From contig DF237616.1 in assembly GCA_000708835.1 (NCBI GenBank), positions 1-45,893 of the forward strand: DNA of 45,893 nt. The letters are read 5' to 3'. The stretch comes from Klebsormidium nitens. Its lineage: Eukaryota > Plantae > Klebsormidiophyceae. This document shows, piece by piece, positions 24,287 through 36,724 of this stretch (its first letter is position 1; each line of letters opens with the position of its first letter). The position numbers and the translations under genes were made by a program. The notes beneath the pieces are model-generated. The model had not been told where the DNA came from and ran no database searches. It saw only the letters and a list, made by a program, of their open reading frames with translations.

Positions 24287-27200
24287 CTACCCGTTTTTTG
24301 GCAGGTCGGCTGCGGGGCGTGCGGGGTCAGCACGCCGGAAGGGCAGCTTGCTACCCAAGAATCGCGTGAAGCGCGACACTGGGTCCTGTAGGCCCTCGTA
24401 CTCATAATGTGCAAAGCGCCAATCGCGCGTTACATATGCACGCTCCGTTGGGCAGTCCAAACCACCTGAAGCGCGGACACAACATCAGTGGTGGGACACA
24501 AGAAGCGCTGACACACTGATCCTCCAAACAATCTGCGAGAGCCCGGGAGTAGAGACGGCTTTGGCAGCCTTCCTGATGGCTCCCAATTGGAACAAGCATG
24601 TTTCTTCAAGAATGTGGAAAGAGAAATGGTTTCCTGCTGCCACAAACAGTGAGAGAAAGCCTTGCACGCCTGTCCGCATAAGCATGCGTAGCAGGGCGCA
24701 AAGGTTCTGCACAGCGAGTCGCAGTCGGAAGTTCTGAGGACTCCCGTCTTCCGTCCTCAGTCGCCCAGGTGTCGAAGCACATCCACCCCAGACGCTTGCC
24801 TGCTCTCCAGGCTCCCCCGTACCTGCCTGTTCCCTAAGAGGCCGTTACAGCGTGCGCCTCACCTGCATACATGAGCCCCCAGCCGTCGACCTCGCGGCAG
24901 AACTTGCGCGTCTTGCCTTCGTCCGCCGCCTGCAGCAGCTCATTCCACGCCTGCTCGCGCATGCCCTGCGTCACCGTGCCCGTCTTGGCAATCTGCACCC
25001 ACAGCGCCGCCCGCAAGTCAGCCCAGGAAGCAGCCTGGCACGGCGGCCAGCCAACGACGAAACACCCGGGCCCCACACGCACTGGCAGTCAGCGGCCAGA
25101 AAGCGTCGCTTGTGCTTTTGCGTTAAAAGGCGGTAGGTTGGCTGACCTGGCCGTACAGGTGGTACGACGGGCGCGGGGTGCGCTTAAGGTCGTTCTCGCG
25201 GTCCACAGCCACCAGGCCGAACTTGGGGCCGTAGCCGTCGGCCCACTCCCAGTTGTCCGACAGCGTCCAGTGGAAGTAGCCGTCAATGGGCACGCCCTGC
25301 AACACACCCGGCGGGCAGTCAGGCCCAGGCGCGCAGGGGCGCAACCACAGCAGAGCCGAGCAGGACGCCAAAGGCATCGGTTGACGATACATTGGAGGAT
25401 CTGGACAAGGAGCGATGTCCAAGGGCTGGTCTACCAACAGGGTCGACACTCCTGGTGTGCTGGAGTGTTGAGCACTTGTGCGGGGTGTGAGCCGGCGGCA
25501 CAGGGTTGCTCACGTCGTGAATGGCGGCCTTGATGGCGAGCAAGTGCTCGATCATGTACGGCCGCCGGATGACGTCCGTCTCGTCGGCGATGCCGTTCTC
25601 GGCGATGATGTACCGGATCTTGAGGTGCTTGTAGCGCTCGTGGAACTGCAACAGCATGCGGTACATGCTGCACGCACACGCACACCGCCAGGCGTCAGCA
25701 TCAGCAGAGGCCGCCCCAGCATGGGAAGCGGCGGTGGAGGCAACCGCTCCCGACATACAGGCACAAACTAGCGTTCAAAGCAAGATAATGCCATATGGAC
25801 ACCGTACAACCTGGCCACCCATGTGTCGGACTGCGGCGACCTGACCTGCAACAGTGGGGACACAAGGTCCCCCGAGCGAGCAGTGTGGCGAGACTCACCC
25901 GTCGGGGTAGACGCCGCGGCCGGCCTCGCTGTACTCGATGTCGGGCACCAGCTTCAGCCCGGGGGCCGACAGCACCTCCTGCACAAACAGCAACCCACCA
26001 AGGTCAAGCCGGGCAAAGGAATGCTTCAAAGAAAGCTCATAAAAGAATGTTTCTGTACCTAAAGTCAATGAACTTGATTCTGCGAGAACCAACGCCTTCC
26101 CACCGGCCTGTGACACTTTTAGCGATTTGTGGGCGGTGGCTCAGTCCAATCCAAGTCGTCATGCTTGTTGCCAGAGCGAGCTGGTTATTGTTGCTCGTAC
26201 CTGGCCGTAGTAGTTGATCCCGATGTAGTCGAGCTTGTGGCAGACCTTGTCCACCCAGTTGAAGCGCGTCATGGCGTTGGACGCCACCACGGGGCCCACG
26301 TCCTTGAGCCCGTACGGCCGCATGAACGACACGTGGTGCGCAATGCCCACCTGCGGCGCGCCCCGCGCCGCGTGCACCGGGCCCCTGCACACAGCGCGTA
26401 AGAGTCACCACGGGGGGCCAGCTTCATAGGAAGCAACAGAAAACGGACGAGTAGGCGCGCTCATGCCCCACCTGGTGATGCTCTGACCAGTTGCTGACTT
26501 TGGTTCGACGACTGGGATTCAAAGAGAAACCACTTCCCCAACCAGTACAATTGTGGTGCCCTGTTGCGCAACCAAATCCATCCTGGAAGTACGAACATAT
26601 TACTGTCGTTGCGCCTCTGGATAAATGCAGTCCTCAGACTGAGCCTCTGTAGAAACCTCACCAATCGGCTCTTCCCTCCAAACCTTACGGCTCAACAAAA
26701 AATGGCCACAGGAATACCTCCTCTAAAACACGCAGAGGCACACCCTCTTTTCCCTGCGTGCAGGTGCGGCGGCTGCTCACCCTGGGGTTTCATCATCCTT
26801 GTGGATGATGTCGTACGCTTTGATGTGCGCCTCCGCCATGTAGCGCATCGCTTTCTGGAAGCGGCCCCACGGCGTGGACAGCATCAGCGTCTCAATCACG
26901 CCGGGCGGGGTGCCCCCCGGCCAGCTGGCGCCGCAGTAGGTCAAGCCCACAAACACGTGCGGCTCGTTGAATGTCATCCAGTAGTCCACCAGGTCGCCAA
27001 ACGCCTCCACCGCCAAACTGCACGCCGCAGAAACAGACTCAGTGCAGCCCGGCTGGGAAAGGGGAGGAGAACTCACATCTAACAATCTTGAATGCCAAAG
27101 TAGACTCAGTCAAGGGAGTGAAACTTTATGCAGATCCCAAGCAGCGGCCTCAACAATGGTGGGGTGCACCAGGACGTCTCGATGCAGTGGTGTGGGCCCG

Positions 27201-29402
27201 GGTGGCTCACTGGGTGAACTCGACAAAGTAGTCGACGGTGCGGTGATTGGTCCATCCTCCGTAGTTGGTGGCCCACTTGGGGAGGGAGTGGTGGAAGAGC
27301 GTGAGCATGACCTTCATCTTGTAGTGCCGCACGCGCCGCAGGATCCACCGGTAGTGCGCCACGGCCTTCTTGTCAAACTGCGCGCAGGCAGGGCAAAAGG
27401 CCCTCTGTCAGGCCCAGAACAGCATTGCTCATGTTACAAGGCACACAGTGAGGATGTTTAGCACGTGTCATCCTGGTCAGAGAAATCCAACGTCTGGTTT
27501 AACAAAATACGGTCCAGCGTATTCTGCAGGGCTGTGCAGGTAGCTAAGATAGCACTGGACGGACAAAATCGCATGACTGCGATAAAATTAGGCAAGCGCT
27601 AGCTGCCAGGCTTACCACTTGAGCGGTCCCCTCTGCAGGCTCGTCCGGGACAATCCGGCCCCAATCAATCCCCATGCGGAACACGGAGACATTGGCCCCT
27701 GCAGCCAGCTGCAGCTCGGTGTCTGGCTCCGACCAGAACTTGAGGCGCTGCTCCGGCTTGGGCACGTTGTGGAAGGCCGCCACCGCAAGAGCCTCGCCAT
27801 CGGCGGTCAGCCCTTTGAGGCCCTGTCCAATGGGCAGGTTATCCTCATTATCCTCTGCGCAGAAGAATGGGGGGTCAATGGGGGTCAATGCTGGGCAGAC
27901 AGGAGAGTGGCAGGACCGCCTGCTGCGGGATATCCACAGGACTACTGCGGCAGACAGGGGGCCGGGAGAGGAGGAAAGGGAGCCCACAATTTGCAAGATC
28001 CAGCAGAAAGTGATTCGCCCTGCTTTACGTCAGACTAGTTCACATGGCCTCTTGCATCCTGGTCGTCAGCGGCCAGCGGCCTCACCTGCGGCCACCCCGT
28101 TGGGCTGCTTGCTTGAATTGCCATCCTCCTTGGCCAACGTGGCGTGTGCGCCATCGCTGCTGCTCAAGCCCTTGCTGCGCGCCTCGCTCTCCCCCTCAAT
28201 GTTGCTGCCCCCCGGCCCGTGCTCCTCCATGTTGTCGCTCGTGCCGTACTGCACCATCTCCTTCTCGGGCACGCTCTCCTCCGCAAACTCGAGCCACGCA
28301 TCGTCCAGCTCATCCTCCACATGGGCAGGCGCCGTGGCGAGACCAAAGAAGAACCCCTCTCCACTGCCTGCATCAAGGCCGTTCCAGTGCCCAAGTCAGC
28401 CAAGTGAGCAGCCAGCCAAAAGTGGATGGTAAGTAGCCTCAGCTTTTGTTTAGAGCAAGTCCAGGATGCCGAAGGCATTGCTGACATTGGTCGGATCTTC
28501 TTCCGACAAGAACGGAAGAAGGTCAGGGAACACAAGCTGATAAATCTCATAGTCAGAGAGGAAAGTTCATTCGCTGCAGCCAATTATAGCACATCTGCCG
28601 TCGTTGTTCAGAGTGGCCAGCCCTGAGTGTGGCACTGGCACTTGATTACCACAGCACTTCTGACAAGCCTCTCAACCTGGCACTTTCTTAGGGTTCGTGA
28701 GAAAAGCCCTAAGAAACCTCTCGCCTCTCCTAGTAGCATCGAGAAGAGTGGTACGATACACTTCGAGGACTGTGTAGGAGTTTGTTTCCTGCAGCAATGC
28801 TAACATGGGTCCTTTGGATCTTTGGATGCCGATTGTGACAAGACCAGCAGACCCCTCAGTCTGACCTGTTCCATCCTGTTGAATGCATGACGGCTGCATA
28901 GCAGGGGGAGAAATGCTGCGCAACTGAGCCTAGATCCTCGTTCCTTACAGCCAAGTGCTCGCTGATTGAAGACACAAGGGCTGAAAGATGCTGAGCATGT
29001 CCAGTGTCTGGATGCGAAGACACCTGAATTTGTAATAGTCGACCATGTCTGCCATCTGAAGAACGCATTCACTAACTGTAGAGAAGAGGCAAGCAGTGTG
29101 CACTGCAGCGGCACTGTCCCCAGACATGCCTGCGTATGACTGCATAGACAGGCCGTTCGCAATGCTGTTGAATCAGACAAGGTCAACTCACCATCTGAGG
29201 CAATCGGCTTGTCTACTGCAAACTGCGCCAACACTGTGTCCGGGTCGCCCGGATCCTCAAAGGGGTCATCGAGCGGAGCAAAGTCCTTCCTTGCAATGAA
29301 CTGCTTGTATGCTAAGGCATTCAAGACCGTGGCAGCTCCCCAGAGGCCAACCGCTACCTTGCCCACTGTCAGGATCACGGGAAGCGGATTCGGAGGCGCC
29401 AT
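24287..29402 (-). CDS. SFR2: SENSITIVE TO FREEZING 2-like galactolipid:galactolipid galactosyltransferase (GH1 family), ~670 aa, 11 exons
   Basis: Exons 29402-29192, 28367-28086, 27854-27616, 27377-27211, 27017-26781, 26384-26201, 25978-25899, 25667-25514, 25296-25147, 24992-24863, 24465-24287, all phases consistent. SFR2-type motifs FFFGLATAPAHVEDELDDAW, RLKFWSEPD, HHVSFMRPYG, DWRFAHY..GLQDP. GH1 catalytic TFNEP and IAENG. N-terminal membrane anchor. Confidence 0.96.
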
Positions 29403-29910
29403 GCAGGCGGCTCCTGAAATGGGTTGACAGACTAATCCATGCCCATCCCTGGCGCCTCCTGAAGACCCCGACGCGCGCAAGGAAACTGGAAGAGCTGCAC
29501 TGCTGCTCGGACAGGTCTTCGCAGTTGAAGCTGTTGCTTGAGCCTGTCTTCGCATGATAGGTACCTAGAATGATTGATTCGCTTCAAACTGCCATACTGG
29601 CCACTAACATGTTTGATCATTGACCTATGGCATGTTTCCACGTGGTGAGCCATTGTTGATCAGCTGCCATCTGGCAAAGGCCTTTGGATGACACGTGTAC
29701 CTGCATAAACTAGAGCGAGAAAAGGCTCGCTGGCCTAACTGGGCGAGGCAGTAAGCTCATCGCACGGCTACCGGTATACCTACCGTACGCCGAAAGCTCA
29801 GTGCCGCAAAACGGACAAAGCAGCCGAACTTTTCTTCGGAAAAAAATTGCGGACGCTGCGCAGGTTGTCAGGGTTCGGACCTTTGAACAGCCGACGAGCA
29901 GCCGGGCATC

Positions 29911-30030
29911 GCCTGTGACATTAGGGTTATGTTGCAAGCCTGTGACGGTTTGTTAGGGTCGCGCAGGCTAACTGTGACTGCACTACGATTAGGGTTAACA
30001 CTAACGGCTAAGGCATATTCTTAGGGTTTT
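29911..30030. repeat. Degenerate ~32-36-bp tandem repeat carrying four TTAGGGT (telomere/telo-box-like) words
   Basis: TTAGGGT at 29921, 29953, 29989 and 30021 (spacing 32/36/32). CTGTGAC precedes the first three. Confidence 0.55.
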
Positions 30031-30869
30031 AGTGTTGAAACGGCTCCCCGGTAGCTGTAAAAGGTACCCGGTGATTGATTCGTACGATGTCCGCGTCCGT
30101 TTTTCATGAAGAAGAGTTCGGCTGCTTTGTGCCTCTTGCGTGCCTGCCCACATACGGTATACCGTACCCACGGACATCGTATCGCACGGAGGCCAATAAG
30201 CGGCCTCTGATTGGCGTAGCATGAAAATATCTGGAGAAAATGGATAATGGCGCCTAGTCTGCGCACTCTGCAATTGCCTTGGCCCATGATACCTAGGATA
30301 CCTATGCCAAATTGCCAATTGGCAATGCCAATGGCCGTAGCCATCATCCAACCTGAATGCATCCATCCTAAAAAGTCCTAATTTGGCCATCCTGGCGGCA
30401 GTGGCTGTTGGCTGTGAAGGACAGCAATCTTAGTTCGGTGGTGCGCATCTCTCAACGGGTGAGCCGCAGGGGGCATTCAAAGGAGCGAAGCTGCCTGAAC
30501 TATGACGTGACTGTGAGGCCGCCCCCTGCTGGAGCTTGGAGTTAGTTGGTAGCAACAATGTGGGGTGGCCTCAGTCTAAGCCCACACTGCCGTCCAACTG
30601 CTTCATAGAGAATCGTGATTGCACTGGGCATTGTCCAGAGACTGCCCTTACTGCCTCTTAACCGAGCGGAGTGAGCTGAAGACCCGTCACATGTTTTCCT
30701 ACACAGGAAACTGCACAATTTCTATTTCGTGGAATCATAGTTTGCTGCATTGTACATAGATTTCCGGGCTCTCCTTGAGTACCCCTGCTCTGGAGACGCA
30801 GCGCTGAAGCCGTGTTCCTGGTGCCATCGCTTCCCGAGGGCAGCTGCATTCTCATTCCTTGGGGCCAGC

Positions 30870-33800
30870 ATGGTGGACACATGTGCGCTGTGCCCCGGCC
30901 TTGCTACCCCCCACGGAACCCTCCCTGGCACCGGCCCAGCTACTGCCCACCGCGCACTGGGTGCCCCCACCCTGAAACCCTTGCAAAAATGGCCTGCACG
31001 GAAGCAAGCAGGCTTTCGAGCTCCCCTCCGGTGCCAGTACGACCCTCGGAGTGACCCTCACGCGTCCGCCGCAGTGCACTCTTTAGGCGGGGGCTGTCCT
31101 TTCCACAGCGGTACAAGCGGTGCTTCTGTGCCTGGGTTTGAGCCCACTACTGTATTCAAGGCGGCTAGTCTAGGGAAGTTAGAGGGAGACAGGGAATGGA
31201 GTCAGAAGGGGTTGGACGCCCCGGCGGCAGCGACGCGGGATGTGCGCGCCATGGTGGAGCAGGACCGGGGGATTCCCGGGCCGCGGCCGTGGAACTTGTT
31301 TGAGAACATCGTGGACCTCAGCTACATCGCACGCTACGGAATTGAGGAGGCTGTCTTGCACTACTCGCGCAAGTACGGCCCGCTGTGCCGGTGAGCAGCT
31401 CGCCGGGCACGGCAACTGTGGCCGCAGGATGTGCAGGACGTGGGCGTGTGGGACTGGGAGAAGATGGCAATCTGTGGTTGATTGAACGAAGCTGTTTCTT
31501 GTGCAATTCGTGCTAGATCTGCCTTCCACCAAAAGGGGCACCAGGGACTGAGGGCGCTGACCCTGGGTGCCTCCGCTCTGCTGCCGTGTCCGCGCACACT
31601 GACTGGACTTCCCCCACGCGGTGCAGCTTCTCCAACGGACTCACTGCCTGGACGTTTGTCAACGATCCAGCCATTGTACAACACATTTGTGTAGCGAATG
31701 CTAAGAATTATTCCAGGAGGTATCTACCGGTGAGTCTGCCACTGCCTCACATGCGTCCCTACTTGCTTGCGCCCTTTTTATTGTCCCGCTCGGCAGGCTC
31801 AAGTTGGCAGGGCGCTCGTCCAATAATGACTGCAGAAACAAAGAGCGCCCTCTCATCCTCACTCCCAGGCACAGGTGAAGTATGCTTTTGTGGTCAGAGT
31901 CCACTTGTGTAGTGGGCGCAGTCCTGCAAAGGTCTTCTCAATGTAAGACGAGGCAATGCTGAATTGTATTTCAGAACCATGGGTTGTAGAGTATCCAACA
32001 CTTCCTTCACATGACGTTCCAAGGCAAGGCTAGGATTAGCAGGACCCTGTTGAACTAACTCATGCAGCGCGTTTGACCTGACCCCGCTGCTCCCTTGGTG
32101 GCAGGCCATCTACGAGTACGTAACGCACGGCAAGGGCATCCTCGGCAGCCAGGGCGCCTACAATTTGCAGCACCGCAAGATGTGCGCGCCCCCCTTCAAG
32201 ACGTCGCTGCAGCTGCGCAAGTTCACCAATACCGTGGCAAACAAGGTGCGCACAAGCAGCCCCGCGGGCCAGGCCCATACGGGAACCAGGCTGCAGGCAC
32301 GCTGTGGACAGGAAGGATCGTAGCACCAGCAAGTTTGTCAAACAGACCCAACTTACCCAATGTTTAACATGCATCGCAACACGGTGTGAGTCTAGGCAAG
32401 ACAAGAGGTCCAACCGAGCTCTTTCAGTCGACCTACGCACTCGATCAACATTCAACAACCAGTCAATCCAGCATAAGGCGACTAATGGGACTCTGACCTG
32501 GAACCTGGCCGGTGCAGGCTGCGGCTGTGGTGGGGGCACTGCGTGCGCTGTCGGAGGGTGGCCCCGTGGTGGGGGACATGGCGACGCACATGCAGCGGCT
32601 CACGCTGGACATTGTGGGGGAGGTGGCCTTCAGCAAGGACTTTGGCCAGATTGCGCGCATCACGCAGGACGTGGCAGGTGGGAGCACGGCCGGCTGTCTC
32701 TCCTTGGCCAGTGCCCTTGGCGCCAGCGCTGGCGACCGCCTTAGGCAACCATGGTACATAGCCTGGGGTCTGTGTGAAGTGGCACTGTGAGACGCTAAAT
32801 CTTGGAGGTTTCCCGTGAAACCTGAATATGATGAACTGTAAACTCGAAAAGCGTACTTGCCGGATTTCATTTGGGTAAATGGGGGGGGTCTGAAGATTGC
32901 TAAACGCATGTAAAATCCAAAATGGGGCGAAGATTTGGTGAACACAGATAATGATCTGAGCAGGAGATGCCACGTAATGGGTGGGGCCTACTTGTCAGAT
33001 TGCCTTTGTCCCCCTGTGCGCAGGCACTGCGAGCGGGGACGACATGAGCCGCGACCGGCTGCTGCACGCGGTGAACGTGTCGCAGGAGTGCATGGGCAAC
33101 GTGTTCATCACGCCGCTCCCCGTCCTGCAGCTGCTGCAGTGGGCGCGCGAGCCAGGCATGGCGCGCATGGACCGCGCCTTCGACGAGATGCGCACCATCA
33201 TGACCAAGGTCGTCCAGGTCAGCGCCGCCCCAACTGCGACAGGGCTCCTTCCCAGGATCTGGACTTGGCTTGTGTAGCTGCCGCAACTGTCTTGCTTACC
33301 TCTACTTACTGAAGTATTGGCATACTCTTTACTTGATGGGCAAGAGGATTCTTGTCTCAACTTATCTATCGATTCACAAACAAGAAGTAGTCGGATGTCA
33401 GTCCGCCTACATGCGTCCTGCGTATTCCTACATGAGATTCAGTTCACTGGCTAAGATGCTGAGTCATTGGAGAGTCTGAAGCTGACAGTCCCTTGTTTCT
33501 GTCTTTCAACGCGGGCGCCCTGGTCCGCTGTTGCTGACTGGCTGGCTGCGTGCAGGAGCGGCGCGAGGCGTGGGGTGCGACGGGTGAGGCGGGGGACGAC
33601 CTGCTGGGGGTGCTGCTGCAGGCGCAGGACGAGACGGGGCGGCGCCTGAGCGACGAGGAGCTGTGGGAGGACGTGCACGACATCATGGGCGCGGGGCACG
33701 AGACGACGGCCAGCACCACCACCGCCGCGCTGTACTGCATCAGCCAGACGCCGGGAGTGGAGGACAAGGTGGGGCGGCGCGTCAAGTGGGACGAGGTCGC

Positions 33801-35023
33801 TGTTGTGGTCTGCAATGCACGTAGGCTCATCAAAGCGTCCTGGCGAATAATCGAGTCACAGCTGATGGGCAGATTCATTCCATCGGTGGGCCATCATGTC
33901 AGGAAAAACCGAGTCTAAGTCGCTCTGTCAAATGGCCATGTAAACACTCTCGGCTTGGACACAGACGCAGCCCTGCACCCGTTCTCTGACCATCTGGACA
34001 CGGAACGGCTCGGGCGTCCGTTCCCCTTGCCTTTTTTCACTGGGCGCGGCCCCGCAGGTGGTGGCGGAGCTGCGGGCGGTGCTGGGCGGGCGCCCCCCGC
34101 TGTACGACGACCTGCCGCGGCTGCAGTACACGGGGCAGGTGGTCAAGGAGGTGCTGCGGCTGTACCCCTCCATCCCGCTCTTCCCGCGCGAGGTCGAGCG
34201 CGACGACGTGCTGCCCACCGGCCACAAAATCCCCGCAGGCGACGTGAGCAGCCGCCACCTGCCCCGCAGCATGCTGCGGCTTCGATGGGAAGCACCACTC
34301 CAAGGATGTGCTGTGGAGCCCCTTGAGCCCCTCCGCATTTGGCAATCTCTCGAATTGAAGACATTCGAATGCTTGGGAGATGGTCGTGATGCGATGCTGT
34401 TGGCTTTGGGGGAGAGAGTGCCCTGGTCCTACTGCCACGGCCGTGCCTGACCCCCCTCGGCTGGCCGTGGCAGGTGGTGTTCATGTCCACGTACGCCATG
34501 GGGCGCAATGCAGCCGTCTGGGAGGATCCGGAGACCTTCAACCCGGTGAGGCACCCGACAGACAGCCAACTGCCGATCTCAAAGCGACCTTGCTGGAGGT
34601 TCGGTCATCTCGTTTGGGCAAACTGACAACTTGTTTAGCATCCTCGTTGAATCATGGTCGGACTACGGTCTATCACCACGTTGGCCAACAATCTCATGTG
34701 AGAGCAAAGTTTCTGAACCGAACCCATGGGCGAAGCCTGCGCTTCCTTCCATCTGATTGTCTGCCCGTCGTGGTTTGCAGGACCGCTTCTCCCCCGAGGC
34801 GGAGGCGGCACGGCACAAGTTTGCGTGGGTGCAGTTTGGCGCGGGCCCGCGCATGTGCCTGGGCGCCAACTTCGCGATGATGAGCGTGACGCAGGTGGTG
34901 GCCACGCTGGTGCAGGCCTTCCACTTCCGGGCAGTCCGGCCACGCGGGGAGCAGCTGCCCTTCTCGTACGACATCACCATGAACTTCCCGGGGGGGATCA
35001 TCATGGAGGCGGTGCCCCGGTAA
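30870..35023 (+). CDS. Cytochrome P450, probably plastid-targeted, ~610 aa, 9 exons; family not assigned
   Basis: Exons 30870-31390, 31627-31729, 32105-32245, 32518-32677, 33024-33217, 33556-33768, 34058-34243, 34474-34545, 34781-35023, in frame. I-helix GAGHETTA, K-helix EVLR, PDRF, heme motif FGAGPRMCLG. Confidence 0.95.
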
Positions 35024-36724
35024 CACGGCCAAACGAAGGACCGGGGGGGTGCGGTTACTTGAGACCTCCAGTCACAGGTTGCCCTTCCCGACGGAACAGT
35101 AGAGTAGACTTGTGCTATATTTATGTGTAGAGCGAGTTGTGGTGTTGTGTTTGGCGTGCTTTATCACTAAAACTTTGTGTTTGCCACGAACTAGAGTCAG
35201 TGTTTACATTTCGAAATAGGTTTGATGCTTACGGAAAGGTTTGGCATTGCACAGCGTGCATACGTGCGGCTGACCTTCTAGCTCCGAAATTCGGATTGGA
35301 TCGACTACCGGGAAGATCCGCTGGGGCTACGTTAGGAAAACTCTTCAAGTACAGAAGTTGCAAAAGGTTATGGAGCGGTTTTGTGTATACTCCTTAGTTG
35401 TGGAGACTAGAGATGAGGGAGTCTAGCGTACATTGAGCCTTGTTAAGGGGGACGCGGGCGCAAGCCAAAGTGTAGAAGTACGAAGATTCGCCATATGCGT
35501 CATTGCAGGGTTTTATGGTCTCACAGTGGACAGCAAGAAATGCTACAAGAAGATTATTGATCCTGTCGAACAAGTTGTGACGTCAAAGCACACACTTAAA
35601 TTGTACCTATCCCGACGGCAAGTGCCTTTGGGAGGACTGCATCGACAGCTTGAGATATATTCAATCTCGACTGCGGGTACTCACTCAAGTGATATGATAA
35701 GTTGTTATGCACATGTGCGCACGCATCACATGCAAATACAATTGCCAGGAAGCAATAGTGCAGACTCGGAGTACATATGATTCGGGCAGGCATATCAAAA
35801 CACAAAATTTGAGCATGCAAATTCGCAGTACGTATCTAGTCTTTCTCGACATGAAGGCACATCCTATCGGCTGCAGTCAATCATTGATGTACGTGCACAT
35901 GTACTGATGTATGTTAACCTGAGGCGCGGGAAATATGCCTAGTCGCCGGGCTTGTCGCGTGCACATGTGGGCGTGACCCGTATACTAATGGTTTACTAAG
36001 ATGCACATTGCAATACCAGTTCGACCCAATGATTGAGAACTGGCCCAATGATTGCATGCAAAAGACAAGTCCGACGGTACATCATTGCACACGGCCGGCT
36101 GGTTGTATGCTGTGTATAAGAGAGCTTCAATCTTGTGCACGGCATACACTGCGCGCATAATGTTGGGCACGCCATTCAACCTACAGAGCTTATACATTAC
36201 CATGTAAACCTAGCCGCCCACCAATGTTGAACGATTGAGTCGACCGGATGAGGCAGATTGATAGCAATCTCTCTCTGCCATGTACTACCTAGATGTAGAT
36301 TCTAAAGAATCAGAGCGCGACTGCGAGCTGCTTGCCATTTTTACCATGCAGTCGTTCGTTTTAATTCGTCCGACCATTAAAGTTTCCCAATCCTGAAATG
36401 AATGCTGTAATTCTTGAAGCCACTTACAGTAAGAACATAGGCATATGCATCCTGGACCTGCACTATAAGCTCCAAGTTTGTTTCCTGGAGTCCCTTTGAA
36501 AAGTGTCTCATTTGACGTAAGCATTCGATCCCCTAATCTGACATTGACTCATCCTTGACTTTCGTCCCGTGTAAAGGTAATGCAAAAAATCACTTAGGTG
36601 TCAAGGCTTGTAAGATAATGGAGGTTGTAAAGCGCGCTAACAAAATCTTACCAGAAGCAGCAAGCAACAATTCGGAAAGAAAGGCGGTACTGTCGGACTG
36701 GCCCAATGAGGCCTTTTGACGTAC

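Noticed and set aside
28430-28580. Protein-like minus-strand frame (FLSDYEIYQLVFPDLLPFLSEEDP...) inside SFR2 intron 1
   Set aside because: Bounded by stops immediately on both sides, has no usable donor, and SFR2 is complete without it.
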